Source of the DNA: Felis catus
Lineage: Eukaryota
DNA length: 64,000 nt
Assembly: GCF_018350175.1 (NCBI RefSeq)
Contig: NC_058368.1
Coordinates: 43,216,001-43,280,000, forward strand
Reading direction: 5' to 3'
Part shown: positions 23,881 through 36,707 of the stretch, piece after piece
How positions within the stretch are numbered: position 1 is the first letter of the stretch
How the letters are laid out: each line of letters opens with the position of its first letter
Made by a program: the position numbers and the translations under genes
The notes under the pieces: generated by a model
Databases searched by the model: none
Told to the model about the DNA's origin: nothing
What the model saw: only the letters and a program-made list of their open reading frames with translations

Positions 23881-24644
23881 TTTTTGTTTTGTTATTTCAT
23901 TATGTAACTCTTGCCTCACTTTCAAAAAACTGTTTGAGTGATAGTAAAAGAGAATTTTTCAAATGAACCTTAAGATAGCAACATAAAATTTTAAAACTGG
24001 GACATACAACGCTGATGCTTTTTATTATATTTTTCTTTGAAGGGTCTTCCTTGTGTGAACTAAATTGCTGTTAGAGGCATTCTTTTAATGCCTATTTTAT
24101 TCAGTTTGTGTGGAAACAAATGTGATTGTGTGCATGTGAGCATATGTGTGTGTCTTACTTTATTCTAGAAAGTATTTAGGCAATTTGGTAAGACACAAAG
24201 CATCTCAAAAGAGGGACGCTAGCTGTGAATAAAGTAGTTCAGGCAACTCAAATACATGAACTATTTTTATTTTTTTCTCCTAGATAAAAGTTAGTGTTAT
24301 TGTCAGTCATATTGGGATAAGATATTGATTGAACCAATGTTCACTTCTTTCTGCAGTGACTAGATTTAGAGATATGCAAGCAATCAAGAGATTATTAGAT
24401 CCATTTTATTCCAGATAAGCATAAAAAAAGGTCAGCCATTTATAAGAATGCACTGTCAACTTTCCAAAACCTTAACATTTATCTGGCTTTAATTTTAAGT
24501 TTATTAAAAAAAATTCTTTGGAAACAGCAATTTGTAATGTGCTAAATTGCATTAAATGCCCTAAGGTGTAAGACATTACTTGCAGCAATAAATAATGAAA
24601 TTCATGTCTACCAGGAACATATGATGTCAACCTCTTTGTTTCAG

Positions 24645-24751
<107 letters not shown>

Positions 24752-25509
24752 GTTGTAAGTATCAATAAGGATTTTTATGTCACAATTTATATAATAAATA
24801 TATATATATATATATATTTATGTTCATGTGTAACATATTTATTTATAATATTCAAATTGTAGCCTTTGGTGATCTTAGAAATTTCAAGTGAAAGCTAGTC
24901 AGGACCTATTCAGTCTAGAAAACTTAAAAATCCTCCAAAATTACTTTAAAAATATTAAGCTTAAAGCAAAGAGAGATTAAGGGGAGAGAAAAGGTAAAGG
25001 AAGAAAATACTTAAATTCATCTTGAATAATATTTTCCCTTTGCTAATTTCAAATTCTAACATATAAAAGCAGAGCCTATGGCTTATAATAATGAAAGTAA
25101 GAGCTGACTCTAATTGAGTTTCTTCTATTTACTACTAATAAGGCTATGTTAAATTGTGAAATGACTCCTTTGAGTACAGACCAAAATAAGAAGCAAAATA
25201 GCAAACAGAGATTTAAAGATCAGCCTTATTATTGATAAGAACAGTTTAGAGAACCTATCCTGGTTACATTCCTTTCAAATCTTGATTCTTAGATGAACCA
25301 CCTGATGGGATGCGTATGACTACAACATAGAAACATGCCCAGAAGGGTCCTTCACACACATTTCTCACCTGGGGAAGATTAGAGAACTGGTCTCTAGATC
25401 TTCCTGTACAATGTACAGAGTCTGACCACATATCCTTAAAAATGGAGAAAGACCTGAGGATACCATCCACTGTTAGTTAGACTAGGCAGACACAATATAG
25501 AGAAAGCAA

Positions 25510-25712
25510 GGGGGCCTGGGTGGCTCAGTCGGTTAAGTGTCTGACTTTGGCTCAGGTCATGATCTCTTGGTTTGTTTCCTGAGCTCAAGCCCCACGTTGG
25601 GCTCTGTACTGACAGCTCAGAGCCTGGAGCCTGCTTCAGATTCTGTGTCTCCCTCTCTCTCTGCTCCTCCCCTACTTGTGCTCTCTCTCTCAAAAATAAA
25701 TAAACATTAAAA
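25510..25712 (+). mobile_element. CanSINE
   Basis: GGGGGCCTGGGTGGCTCAGTCGGTTAAG head to AATAAATAAACATTAAAA tail. Confidence 0.96.
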
Positions 25713-25938
25713 GTAATTGGTTGAGGCATCTGTGCTCTATCATTTTCTTTAATTCTACAAATAGGTCATTCTTCATTCTATGTGAATGACGATTTGGAAA
25801 ATTTAGAACTCTATTTGGAAAATTTTAGAAAAAAGATAACAAAGCCTAATTGGCTCTTCACAAAAAACTCTAATAGGGTTAAATAGGTACAAAGTGAGAG
25901 GTAAGAGGTGGTTTATCTTACTAAATACTTTTTTTGGT

Positions 25939-25966
25939 AACAAGATATCAACAACAAGATATCAAT
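25939..25966. repeat. 14-bp tandem duplication
   Basis: AACAAGATATCAAC/AACAAGATATCAAT. A second imperfect duplication (ATTTGGAAAATTT-AGAA) lies at 25792-25830. Confidence 0.8.
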
Positions 25967-26252
25967 CTGGAGGTTTCTACTCAAGTGTTAAATTACTAAA
26001 TATTAGGTTTTAAAATAAGTTCTAACATAGATGACCCTCTGGATAAACCAAAGCAAGTATCTAAAACACTGTTCAAAACTCACAAATAGTGGAGAAAGAG
26101 AATATGAGAAGATGATGTTTGGAGAGGATTACTTAGTGTCCATAGTCCTCCCAATGAATCTTCAGTGGGCTCATCCAGAAGGCTTATTATGTGCCCTGGG
26201 ATATTTTCAGAATACACTGGACTAAAGTTTAATTTCAACCTCAGTGTCTGAG

Positions 26253-26451
26253 CAGGCTCAGCAATAGCTATATAGTAAACATTTTAGATTTGCAGGCCAT
26301 ATGATTTCTGTCACAACTATTCAATTCTGCCTTTATAGTGAAAAAGCAGTCACAGACAATATATAAATAAATGGTATGTATACCAATAAAACTTTACACA
26401 AATAGGCAGTAGACTGGATTTGGCTGGTGAATGCTACTTTCCTGATTCCTG
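26253..26451 (+). mobile_element. MER58A hAT-Charlie non-autonomous DNA transposon
   Basis: CAGG...ATAGTAAACATTTTAG..TTTGCAGGCCATATG..TCTGTCACAACTA.TCAA.TCTGCC...CCAATAAAACTTTA...GGATTTGGC...CCTG. Flanks GTCTGAG/ATCTGGAG resemble the NTCTAGAN target. Confidence 0.9.
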
Positions 26452-27524
26452 ATCTGGAGAATAAGAAAAGAGCTATCTAGATGTTTTAGAAATGGAGCTA
26501 GGTAAAATCGCTGTTTGGGGAATAGCTTTCTCTCCTATAGTTTATTTGATTGAAGGTGAGCCCAAGAAAATATAGAGAGATACAACATGGGGGAAAAACA
26601 GCTTAACTCATTTTACAATCTGCCGAAGGAACCACTTAAGGGATATGATTATGGAATCCCAAAAAACGGAGAATTGCTATAGACTTGATCTCTGGAAAAC
26701 AACAGTAGCTGAGAGGGGAATAGTCAGCTAGAGGAAAATGCCTCAGCAGCACTTACAGAAAATACAAAATTAAAATATCATGACAGGGTGAGTCTACCTT
26801 AAATACTTGCCGCATTGAGATGGTACCACTGGAGTAAAATCTTTTCTCACTCTTCTCCCTCTCCTCTGGCAGAGTCAGAATTATGGTTAGCAACATGGAG
26901 GTGGAGAAAAAAGAAACTAGTCTGTGAACAAGAGAAAGGTCATATGGAACATTTGGAAAATTTTCATTACACTGTGCTAGAGTTACAATCAGTTCCAATT
27001 ACTTAGGAAATATTTTTGAATAACCAATAAAAATTTCAAATAAAAGTTATTATTGGTATTTTTAGTTCTGTGGACCTTACTAATAAAATAAGTCCTTACA
27101 TATTTACTCACAGCCTTTTCACTCAGTATTTTGCCCATGACAACAACTTTGATTATAAGGATTTCTTGCCTAGTGTAGATTAAAAGCAGTCACTGTAAAG
27201 AGGAAGAGAGTGGGAAGTGGGACCACTAGTAAAGAATAAAATATTCATACTTTAGCACTGAAGAAGAAGGAAACCCTCAAACAAGCCAGAAGAAAACCTA
27301 TTAAGATACATTTCAACACTGATTTATTCTGTCAACTTTTTCTTAATTGTTGATATAGTATTTTAAGTAAAGTACATAACAAAGCATATTTTTCAAATGT
27401 TCTATTGTCAAGGACTAATTTATTTTTAATTGAAATATTGACTTACAGTAAAAAGCTCAAGTTCTTAAATATTCCTGATATACATCCTATTATTTAGGAT
27501 GACAGACTTGTTTTCTTCCTTTTT

Positions 27525-27637
27525 GTTTCTTTTCTTTTTCCTTTTCCTTTCCCTTTCCTTTTCTCTTTTCTTTTTCTCTTTTTCTCTCTGTCTTTTGTTC
27601 TTCCCCTCTCTCTCTTTTTTGTCTTTCTTTCTTTTTT
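27525..27637. repeat. CT-rich low-complexity tract
   Basis: Almost pure pyrimidine run with TTTTC/TTTCC units. Confidence 0.85.
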
Positions 27638-28226
27638 AACTGAATACAAACAAACAAACAATGAGTGCATTAGAGGTCAACTAACTACTTGTAAAGAAAG
27701 CAGCTTTGATGAGAGTTAGGATTTCTTAGAAGTTCTTAGCCCTTTGGGAGTAACACAAAAGATTCTGTCATCACTTTGTGTCAGTAGGCCACACAGGAGA
27801 TAGACAATATGACCCTAGATGGTTGCCTCAAATGCCTGTCTCAAAAATGTGCAATAATTTTATCAAGAATTATATGGCTTTTTAACACAGCATTATATAA
27901 TATTCTCCCAATTTAGTTTTTTTAATCAAATAATCACTTTTATCTTAAAATAGGGCAAGTTGTGAAAAAACTGCCCAAAAGGCCAATCTCCTCAATAACT
28001 GCGGCTGCAATCACATTCTTTCTCTCCCCCAGTAGTTCTCTTCCCACATTATACTCTGAGGGCTTGTCCAAACTGCAGTCTTCCTTATCTGTCAGCTATG
28101 AAACTTTGGGTTTTATTAGTCATCTTAAGTTTGTCCTCCATAGCTATAGCTGGATAAATACTAAAATTGATTAAATCTACATAAAGAAATTTGAGAATCA
28201 TTCAAGAAAAAAATTTGCACTTATTT

Positions 28227-28404
28227 ATTTTTTTAAAAGTTTATTTATTTCTTTTCAGAGAGACAGAGAGGCAGAGAGAGAGACTCCCAAGCAGGTTCTG
28301 CATTGACAGTGCAGATGCCGGGCTGGAACTTACAAACCGTAAAATTATAACCTGATCCGAAATCAAGAGTTGGTCGCTTAACTGACTGGGCCATCCAGGA
28401 GGCC
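28227..28404 (-). mobile_element. CanSINE
   Basis: 11-bp TSD TGCACTTATTT (28216-28226, 28405-28415); GAAATCAAGAGTTGG motif. Confidence 0.94.
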
Positions 28405-28929
28405 TGCACTTATTTCTTAGTAAATCAATTTAATAGAAAAAGACACCATTTATAATATTGCCTCATTCAGAATGAATAGCCTGATCCTGAAACAGCTACA
28501 ACTTCAGACTGCTAATGCCTAAGTAGCAAGGCCACATTATGTCTTATTTTAACTGTGCCTGTTCTAAAAACGCAACTTCCCAAGCCCACAAAAGGAGTGA
28601 CATTAGAGGCAGAGGTAGATCAAAGCTTCTTCACTCCAGTTCTTTTAGTTTTCTTTTTACTATGGCACCATTCCCCCTCCTTCCCATATAAAGATTGATG
28701 CCTAATTTTCCAAGCAAAACTTCTTACAGAGACCTTCGTATACAAAAATTATGAAAGCAATAATTTAAAACAAATATACTTTGTACATTCAAATTTATAT
28801 CATTTTTCTAATAACATCAATGAATGAGAAAAGCTAAAACTGCTCATGTAATTTTTATACATAAAGACTACCCTATTTATATTTGGTAGATGTAAAACTG
28901 ACCATTAACTGTTGACAAGAATAAGCAAC

Positions 28930-28977
28930 AGGCTTATGTCTTAGCTTTATTTAAGGCTTATGTCTCAGCTTTATTTA
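28930..28977. repeat. 24-bp tandem duplication
   Basis: AGGCTTATGTCT(T/C)AGCTTTATTTA x2, one mismatch. Confidence 0.9.
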
Positions 28978-29700
28978 CTATTTAATTGGGTGCATTAGGT
29001 GAATACTTCAATAAAGGACTTTATGGTTAATTTTGAAGGTGTTAAAAGGCTCACACAGGAATTGAAAAACATTAAAAGATTAGGGAAGAGCTTCAACTTC
29101 ACTAATCACTACACATTATAAGATCTTCAAATATATTCACAGAGATAGTAGGGGGAACTTTATTGGGGAATGCACAAAAGCAAACTAACCTTGTAGTTTA
29201 AGTTACATGTTATGGTCTCCGATGTGTTAAAATTTGACAGCACATTTGGGTATTTTTTTTCATTACTACACCACCAAATGTTGATATTATAAGCAATGTT
29301 TTGGAACATTGATTCATTTCAGTGGGATCCAAGGCTCCACAGAACAGGTTTGGATACTACTGCACCACAAGCATCTTAATAGCCACTGGCTTAAAGATAG
29401 CACTGTGAAATTGCCCCTGAGTTATTTCATTGAGGCAAGAGAAAATAAAGGCCATCTTGAGCAGAGACATATGATACAAGAGCCAAATATGAACAACTAA
29501 GTTTATCTTATATGAATATGTATAAGGCATTTCTCTGACATTTTCCAAGATTTTCAGTGTTTATATAATAGAATCTTGATCTGAAAGTGTTGGGGAAACA
29601 AATTAGAGATAAAACAAGGTGCCAGAGAACTTTGAATAACCTTGCCATATTAGGTCAAGGAGGCTTCTTAGACATTTGCCATTTGAAAAATCATTTCTTC

Positions 29701-29813
29701 AAGATACTTGCTGGGATGAGCGCTGGGTGTTATATGTAGGGGATGAATCACTGGATTCTACACCTGAAATCATGATTGCACTATATGCTAATTAACTTAG
29801 ATGTAAATTAAAA
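29701..29813 (+). mobile_element. ~110-bp 5'-truncated carnivore L1 3' end
   Basis: GGGATGAGCGCTGGGTGTTATATGTAGGGGATGAATCACTGGATTCTACACCTGAAA..TTGCACTATATGCTAA plus A-tail. 15-bp TSD with 2 mismatches (29686-29700, 29814-29828). Confidence 0.92.
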
Positions 29814-31916
29814 AAAAATCCTTCCTTCATTTGAACATAAGGGTTTAACAGACCTTTACTCTGAGAGTATGGCTTAGTAAGACTGAGATTTTTTTATTCC
29901 CATGCAATAATGCTTATAATTATAACAAGGGAACAACACACCTGTGAGTTTCTTCATACTTTTTATGTTGCACTATATCTTGATAATTTCTCATTTTTCT
30001 ATTTTGTAGAATTTTTGTTAGCACGGAAGTCATCTCCTCAGTATCCCAAAAGAAAAACAAAGGAGTATAATTCAGTGTCTTTACTGTCAACAGGTAAGTT
30101 ACAAAAAAGGCAGGTCACTTAGGGAGGAAAAAAACAACAACAACAACGGCAGTGACTGTCATTTTTACTAAGCTTGATTGCAGATAAAACTGTACTTCTT
30201 TTCTCTTCTAAAATAGGGAAGAATTTCCAATTTGTTTCCAACAGTTAAAAGCGATAAATCTCACAGGCAGAGGGTAATAGCTAATTGTTTATTATTATCT
30301 TAAGTAGAATACTAAAGTTTTCTACGAAAAAAAATTCTGCCAACTTCATAAAACACAGAATCATTCACCACTGTATAAAAGAACCAATGAATTAATTTGG
30401 AGTCAGGCAAGAAGAGAGTTTCTCCTAAGCCTTGGATAAAAATTCCACTAGCGTACTCTGGTATTGTGATATCAGGAAACTATTCTGATATATAAAAAAA
30501 TTCCCATATCTAGCAATTGACATTATAATGTTTTTATCATTGAAATGAGACATTTGTGGAGCAAATCCTTCAGATTCATATTGGTTGAGTTTTCTGACAA
30601 AATTAAAATCCTTTGTTCATATATGAATTCCAACAAAGCTCCAGGAAGAATTCACACTGGAGCAATGCTGTTGATATTATCAAAGCCAGTTTGTTTCTTT
30701 GTCAAGTTTTGTACACTAGAATAGTCAAATGTGTGCCTAGATATAATGGATGTGGAGAGACTCCACTTTAACATAGGTATGGGCCCAATGTTCTCCCATA
30801 GTAACCAACATACAACCTGGGGGAGTAAAGCTTGAGGCAGTACACAGTGTAGTACTGTGGGAGAGTGAAGTAAACACTTGTTCCTTAGGTCTTTTCTTTC
30901 CCCCTTCCCATTACAGGTCTATGTCTAAAGAGCAACACATATCCCTTCAGCAGTACAATCATATTTAGAACAAGGCACTGATTTCCTGATAAAAGCAGCT
31001 ACTACTGCAAACATCACTAGACGTCGTATTCAGGAAGTTGTTTAGGGACTTAGCAGATTTTGTTCTCTAGTGGCTTATTAGGAAACACGGTTCACAGATA
31101 AAATAGTCCAAGAGTAGCTTTATACATAATATACATCCTACTCTAAGCAACAGGTGTACTGGAGTCAGCATGTGTTTTAAATATCAGTGAATAGACTATA
31201 ATTTCATCCTGGATCATTTAAGTGTTCAATACTACTGGCATTTGTAAGAATTATTCAATCACAAATTTCCATGGTGGACCAGAACAAAGGAGAAAGTAAA
31301 GAAAGAAAAAAAAAAGTGACCTGGTTCTCAAATGTATTTGGCTTTGATACCTGATGATTACAAGTTAATCTTGAATTTTAGTTTGAGGTAACAAGGAAGA
31401 AAACAGGGGGTAAGTTGCCTTTTATGTTGCAATAGTACAAAGATACAGAAATCATTGAGAAAAGAAACCTAATGAGGCAAAAAAAATTACAGACCTCACT
31501 ATTATATCTCTGAGATATTTAATGACTTAAGTAAACCAATATATCAGTGATAATATTATTTATATTTTTTAAAAGTGTTCTGGGTTCCAATCAAATCAAT
31601 GTTTGAAACACATCTGTGACATAAATAGAATAGTGACGTGCAGGCCTATCAATATGACTTGGCCAGTTCTATTTTCATTGCATGACATCATTCAGCTGTC
31701 AAAAGAAAACTGAAGAAAAAAATAGAAAACATATCCTTGACTTCAAGTGTTTGCAACCTAATTATATATACACCCAAACTTGAAATACGCTGTTGTATAA
31801 CTTGACAATATCTTTTAAGGTGGCTAAAAAATAAATAAAGAGTTCAAAGATGTGGGTGCTAATTTTCGCTTCTCAGAAGATTAGGTAACATGCTTGTGTT
31901 GCACTATCTGCATCTT

Positions 31917-32137
31917 TTTTTTTTAATTTTTTTTCAACTTTTATTTATTTTTGGGACAGAGAGAGACAGAGCATGAACGGGGGAGGGGCAGAGAGAGAGG
32001 GAGACACAGAATCGGAAACAGGCTCCAGGCTCTGAGCCATCAGCCCAGAGCCTGACGCAGGGCTCGAACCCACGGACCGCGAGATCGTGACCTGGCTGAA
32101 GTTGGACGCTTAACCGACTGCGCCACCCAGGCGCCCC
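31917..32137 (-). mobile_element. Young feline SINEC_Fc-type SINE
   Basis: CpG-rich with intact Pol III boxes. Perfect 17-bp TSD TGCACTATCTGCATCTT (31900-31916, 32138-32154) followed by AAAA, i.e. a TCTT/AA L1-endonuclease-type site. Confidence 0.98.
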
Positions 32138-33408
32138 TGCACTATCTGCATCTTAAAAATGGTAATAATCATATCCACCTGCTCTATTTCCATGTGAAGA
32201 AATGTCTGGGAAAATATAAGGGAAAATAAAACTTGGTGAAATAGTACAGGATCGCAATAGCCTGTTTCCAGTGATGACAGTAATGAAATAATAGATAAAT
32301 ATTACATAAAATATAAAGAAAATTATATTAAAACAAAAGTGAACAAGTGAAATAAGATGAATCATGACTGATCAGTTTAACCAAAGCAATTACAACCAAA
32401 AAATAATTGCTTTGCTGGACTAGTTGAATAAACAGTTTTAGAAAGAATGGTATCCTTTCAAAAACACTAAATCGATATGAAATAAAGACTGTTGATGGAT
32501 AACTTTGCTTTTTTTAAACATAATTAATTTGATGACTATTATTTTCAGGAATAATTAATGTTGGCACATTTTATAGCCATAATAATTGGAAAATATAATT
32601 TTTATTACCATGTTTAAGAATAATTTTTAATTTTAGAAAATAAAACTTTTTATGCAACTTTCAACACACAAGGATACAGTTTTACCAAGACTGTTGTATT
32701 TTTAATTTTTAGTTTTTAGAATTCCTTTCTACCTCATATTTTACATTTAAACTAAAAAAGTACAATATATTTCATATTTACAAATTCAGTTTAAAAAGAA
32801 ATAGCAAAAAGTGAGCTATAATTCATTATTATCAGATGACTTCTGGAATTTACTAGTTTTTATACTATTAATTATACAAATAGTCTATTATTACTTCAAA
32901 ATAAGATTATAATTCTTTCTGAAGTCAAGATACAGTTTTCATCATTATGTGTTCTAGTTATCTTAAATTGAAACCTTTAAAATGATATCACTTTCCTACT
33001 TTCCTCCTTAAATATCGCCCTTCTCAACTGAAACTTTTGAAAAAAATTGTCCTCCTTTCTTCACCTTTCCTGTCCATAAATACCTAAGTTACTCTGCATT
33101 CAATAAAAAAAGATAATGCTAACAAGTTACCATGCGTTATTTAATCTTGGACTTTTTTTTTTTTTCATTTTAACCTCTTTGAAATTGAAATGAATCTTAT
33201 AGTTGATGACATGTCACAGTTTAAATGGAAAGAGTTATTCTCTTTCAGGATTAATTACAAAAAATAATAATGTGTCTTACACTAAGTTCTTGTTAGCTTT
33301 GACTTTAAAAAACTACAGTATTAGAATTTTCTATATAGTATTTGCCTCCCATGTCAAGATTTCTTATTTGGCACTTATGTTCCATTTATTCAGTTACTGT
33401 ATTATTTC

Positions 33409-33411
<3 letters not shown>

Positions 33412-33456
<45 letters not shown>
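33412..33456. repeat. (GT)~22 microsatellite
   Basis: Read directly; uninterrupted. Confidence 0.98.
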
Positions 33457-33457
<1 letters not shown>

Positions 33458-33631
33458 AAAATAACACAGATACAGAAACAGTTTGCCTTTGACCATCTGT
33501 TTTGCCAATACCATCCATCATACCTGAGTGAGCCCTGATGAGTCAACCAAGGAAAATTACAAATGATCTAGGTAACTCCAGCCTCTATCAATTAGAATAA
33601 ATACAAACTCAGTAAAATAAAACTGGGAATA

Positions 33632-33673
<42 letters not shown>

Positions 33674-33707
33674 TGAAATAGAGTAACAACAACAACAACA
33701 ACAACAA
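33632..33707. repeat. (CA)n microsatellite followed by (AAC)n
   Basis: (CA)n at 33632-33671 and (AAC)n at about 33685-33707. Confidence 0.96.
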
Positions 33708-34074
33708 TAGTGTTTTCATTTGGGAAGGTACAGCTCTCTGATGGTCAGCGCTTCTCTGGATCTGCTGCCTTCCATCTTTAAATTCTTTCATCAGCATGTT
33801 GAGTAGACCAGACATACCAGTTACAATGGCATAAAGCCCCTCAGAACCCAGGTTCTCCCATGCAGACAGCTGCCTAAGAACCCTTGGAATCCTCTGAATC
33901 AGGAAAGAAAAATGGATTCAAAGTGAAAGTGGAGGGAGAGAAACATATGATCAGGTTACCATGTTTCCATGTCCCCAGAATTCTTCTATCTTATCCTGAT
34001 CTTTTGAACCAACATTTATTAAGCACTTAATTTTTTTCTGGCATAAGCAAGGTCCTTAATAAAATTAGTTTTCT

Positions 34075-34220
34075 GGTGGGAAACTTGACAGACTCTGGAG
34101 CCAGCCTCTGTGTTCACTTCCTGCCTCTTCAAATATTGGTTGTTTGACACTGGGACAATTCTGTTTATTAATTTCAATATTTGCACATTGGAGAAAATGG
34201 TACCTACCTATAGGGTTAAA
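34075..34220 (+). mobile_element. MIR SINE fragment
   Basis: ACAGACTCTGGAGCCAGCCT..GTGTTCA..TCCTGCCTCT...GGTACCTACCT.ATAGGGTT. Confidence 0.7.
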
Positions 34221-34344
34221 CAAACATACACATGCATATACATACAACACACAAAAATCAGTTTCTGGAAAATAATAAGCATTATGAAAGTATTACCATT
34301 ACTAGCAAGTTATTTTATTCTCAAAACAAACATGTATGGTAATT

Positions 34345-34511
34345 ATGATTAGCACCATTTTGTTGTTGCTTTTACAGTTGTTCCAATAAGAAAACTAAGT
34401 CTCAGGGAGATGAAGTATCTGATCCAAATTTAAATCGTCATATGATGTAAAGCCTAAGTTTGAAACCAGAATATTGCAATCTATAGTCTATGTTCATGAA
34501 TTTAAGCTATA
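34345..34511 (-). mobile_element. MIR SINE fragment
   Basis: ATAAGAAAACTAAGTCTCAGGGAGATGAAGTATCTG.TCCAA...AAGCCTAAGTTTGAAACCAG. Confidence 0.6.
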
Positions 34512-36492
34512 AAATAATCCTCTATTTGCTACTCACTAATAGAATTAATTTAAACATGTAGTCAAATTACCTTTTGATGTAGGAGTTAACACATTTAACA
34601 GGAAGAAATTTGAGAAAAACAAATATATTTGATGTATTTGTTGTCACGTTAAATATTTAAGAAATACATAGAACAAAATAATCTCAGAGAGCCTTTCAAA
34701 ACACAAATTAAAGTTTTAGTTCCTCCTCTGTCTTCACATAAGAGACTTTGTACCTCCAAACATTTGCTTCATCTGTATTGACTAACCTTCAGCTGAAGTT
34801 GTGACTCACTCTCCATAGTATTTCTTACAAAATCAATTGGCACTTTTTTTGGGCTTGCCCCTGACTATGATGCCTAATCAATAAAACTTGTCTTTTTCAA
34901 AGAAATTGAACAACTAAGGCTACCGAACCAAAATTCCCCGAAATTGACGTATTTAATTTGACAATGTATAAAACTGATGGTTTTCCATATCTTCTCTGAT
35001 CTCATAGCTTGATCTAGATGCCTTTATCCATCCCTAATCCATACATTGTTCATGATGAAGAGAGTTACAAATTGAACCATGACAATTGTTTACATATTTA
35101 GTCTTTTAGGGCAAATTCTCAATATAGACAAAAACAAAGCTACTGGTGCTACTTACTGATGTGTAAGTAGACATGTAAAAAGTATTCTAAACATATTAAA
35201 GAGGATACATATGAAAATACTCATATGTCTTTGGAAAACAATTTAGTTATACTACATTTATAAATGTTTACCAGCTAAAATGAAACCCTGGTAGAGCTGG
35301 TGGTGGGAAAATAATGGAAGAAAAGGACTAAAGTATTGTAGTAGCATGAAATAAGCATATGAAAAACTTACTGCATAGCTACCTGGTGAATCTAATTTTC
35401 CCATCCATATATTTGTTAAATCATGTATGTATGGATGGAACATTTATTACTAAGCACTCCTAAGATTATTAATAATTTAAAGATGCTAAATAATTTAAAA
35501 CTATGTAATAGATTTTCCATAATAAATGAAAATAATTTTATATAAGATAAATATGGTCAAAAATTTTTTTAAAGTGAGAATGAACTTTTAACAATTTCGG
35601 TCAATTAAGAATTTGTGCTCATTATTATTTTCAAATTGAGAGGTTATCTTTTCAGCTACAGAAAAGTTTATGCTTTTTGTTTGTTTGTGTTCTACCATTC
35701 AGTTTAACTGAAAACATATCCCTAGACCTACTCATCAGATATACATTCAGTGGTTACAGCAATGAATTTATAAATTGAGAGTGAAAGACAGTGAGGTAGA
35801 AATTTGGGGGGGACAGGCAAATATAATACGTAGAAAAATGAATATGTAATGGAAATCAGAAGTGTTTCTTTGCAACCAATAAAAAACTTTTTAGAAAAAA
35901 CCTGATTCATTATAAAATCCAAAAAGACAGCAATTTTTTTCTAAGAACCTTTCTTTTCAGAGTTAATCATGCATCTGTCATTGAAGCCTATGCTTATATC
36001 ATTCTTTATTGTAGTATCTTGTCAGATGAATATGAAACATCTCTAAAAAACAAGTAACTCTCCAAAAAATATTATCACTTTTATTTGCTAATGATTTTTA
36101 GTAGAAAAATAACATTATAGTCTAAGCATAACATTAAAAATTATAATTTTATAATCTTTTCTAAGGCTTGGCATATAAGAAATGTTTGTTTTTATTTGAA
36201 TATTAAAATTGATATAGAATCAACAAAATAAAATTCATAGTTTGCTCTTTGGTGAAACAAAATTGCCTCCATTTAATGTCTAAAAATGTGCTAATCTCTA
36301 TCAGGGAGAAAATCAGCAAATCCACATTAATATACTATAAGGACAAAGTAAATTATGTACTTCTACAATGAGTGTTTCCATAATGCTGATTAGTTTTATG
36401 TAAATGGTAAACAAGAAACAAAGTGAAGGAATGAAATGTCATTTTGGTTCACGTACCATTTGTCCCCATACATTAATATTTGGCACCACCAA

Positions 36493-36707
36493 GGGGCGCC
36501 TGGGTGGCTCAGTCGGTTAAGCATCTGATTTCAGCTTAGGTCATGATCTCACAGGTCATGGGTTGGAGCCCACATGGGGCTCTGTTGCTGACAGCTCAGA
36601 GCCTGGAGGCTTCTTCAGATTCTGTGTCTCCCTCTCTCTCTGCCCCTCTTCCATTCTCACTCTGTCTCTCTCTCCCAAAAGTAAACATTAAAGAAATTAA
36701 AAAAAAA
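36493..36707 (+). mobile_element. CanSINE
   Basis: GGGGCGCCTGGGTGGCTCAGTCGGTTAAG head. Perfect 15-bp TSD ATTTGGCACCACCAA (36478-36492, 36708-36722). Confidence 0.97.

Noticed and set aside
33203..33815. ORFs 33203-33538 (111 aa) and 33609-33815
   Set aside because: They are kept open by (TG)n and (TTG)n repeats (CVCVCV, LLLLL) and show no protein-like features.
33818..33893. - strand 76-nt exon-like segment (TTTTTCTTTCCTGATTCAG ... CTG|GTATGT)
   Set aside because: The signals are plausible but isolated, the peptide is unrecognised, and such pseudo-exons are expected by chance in 64 kb.
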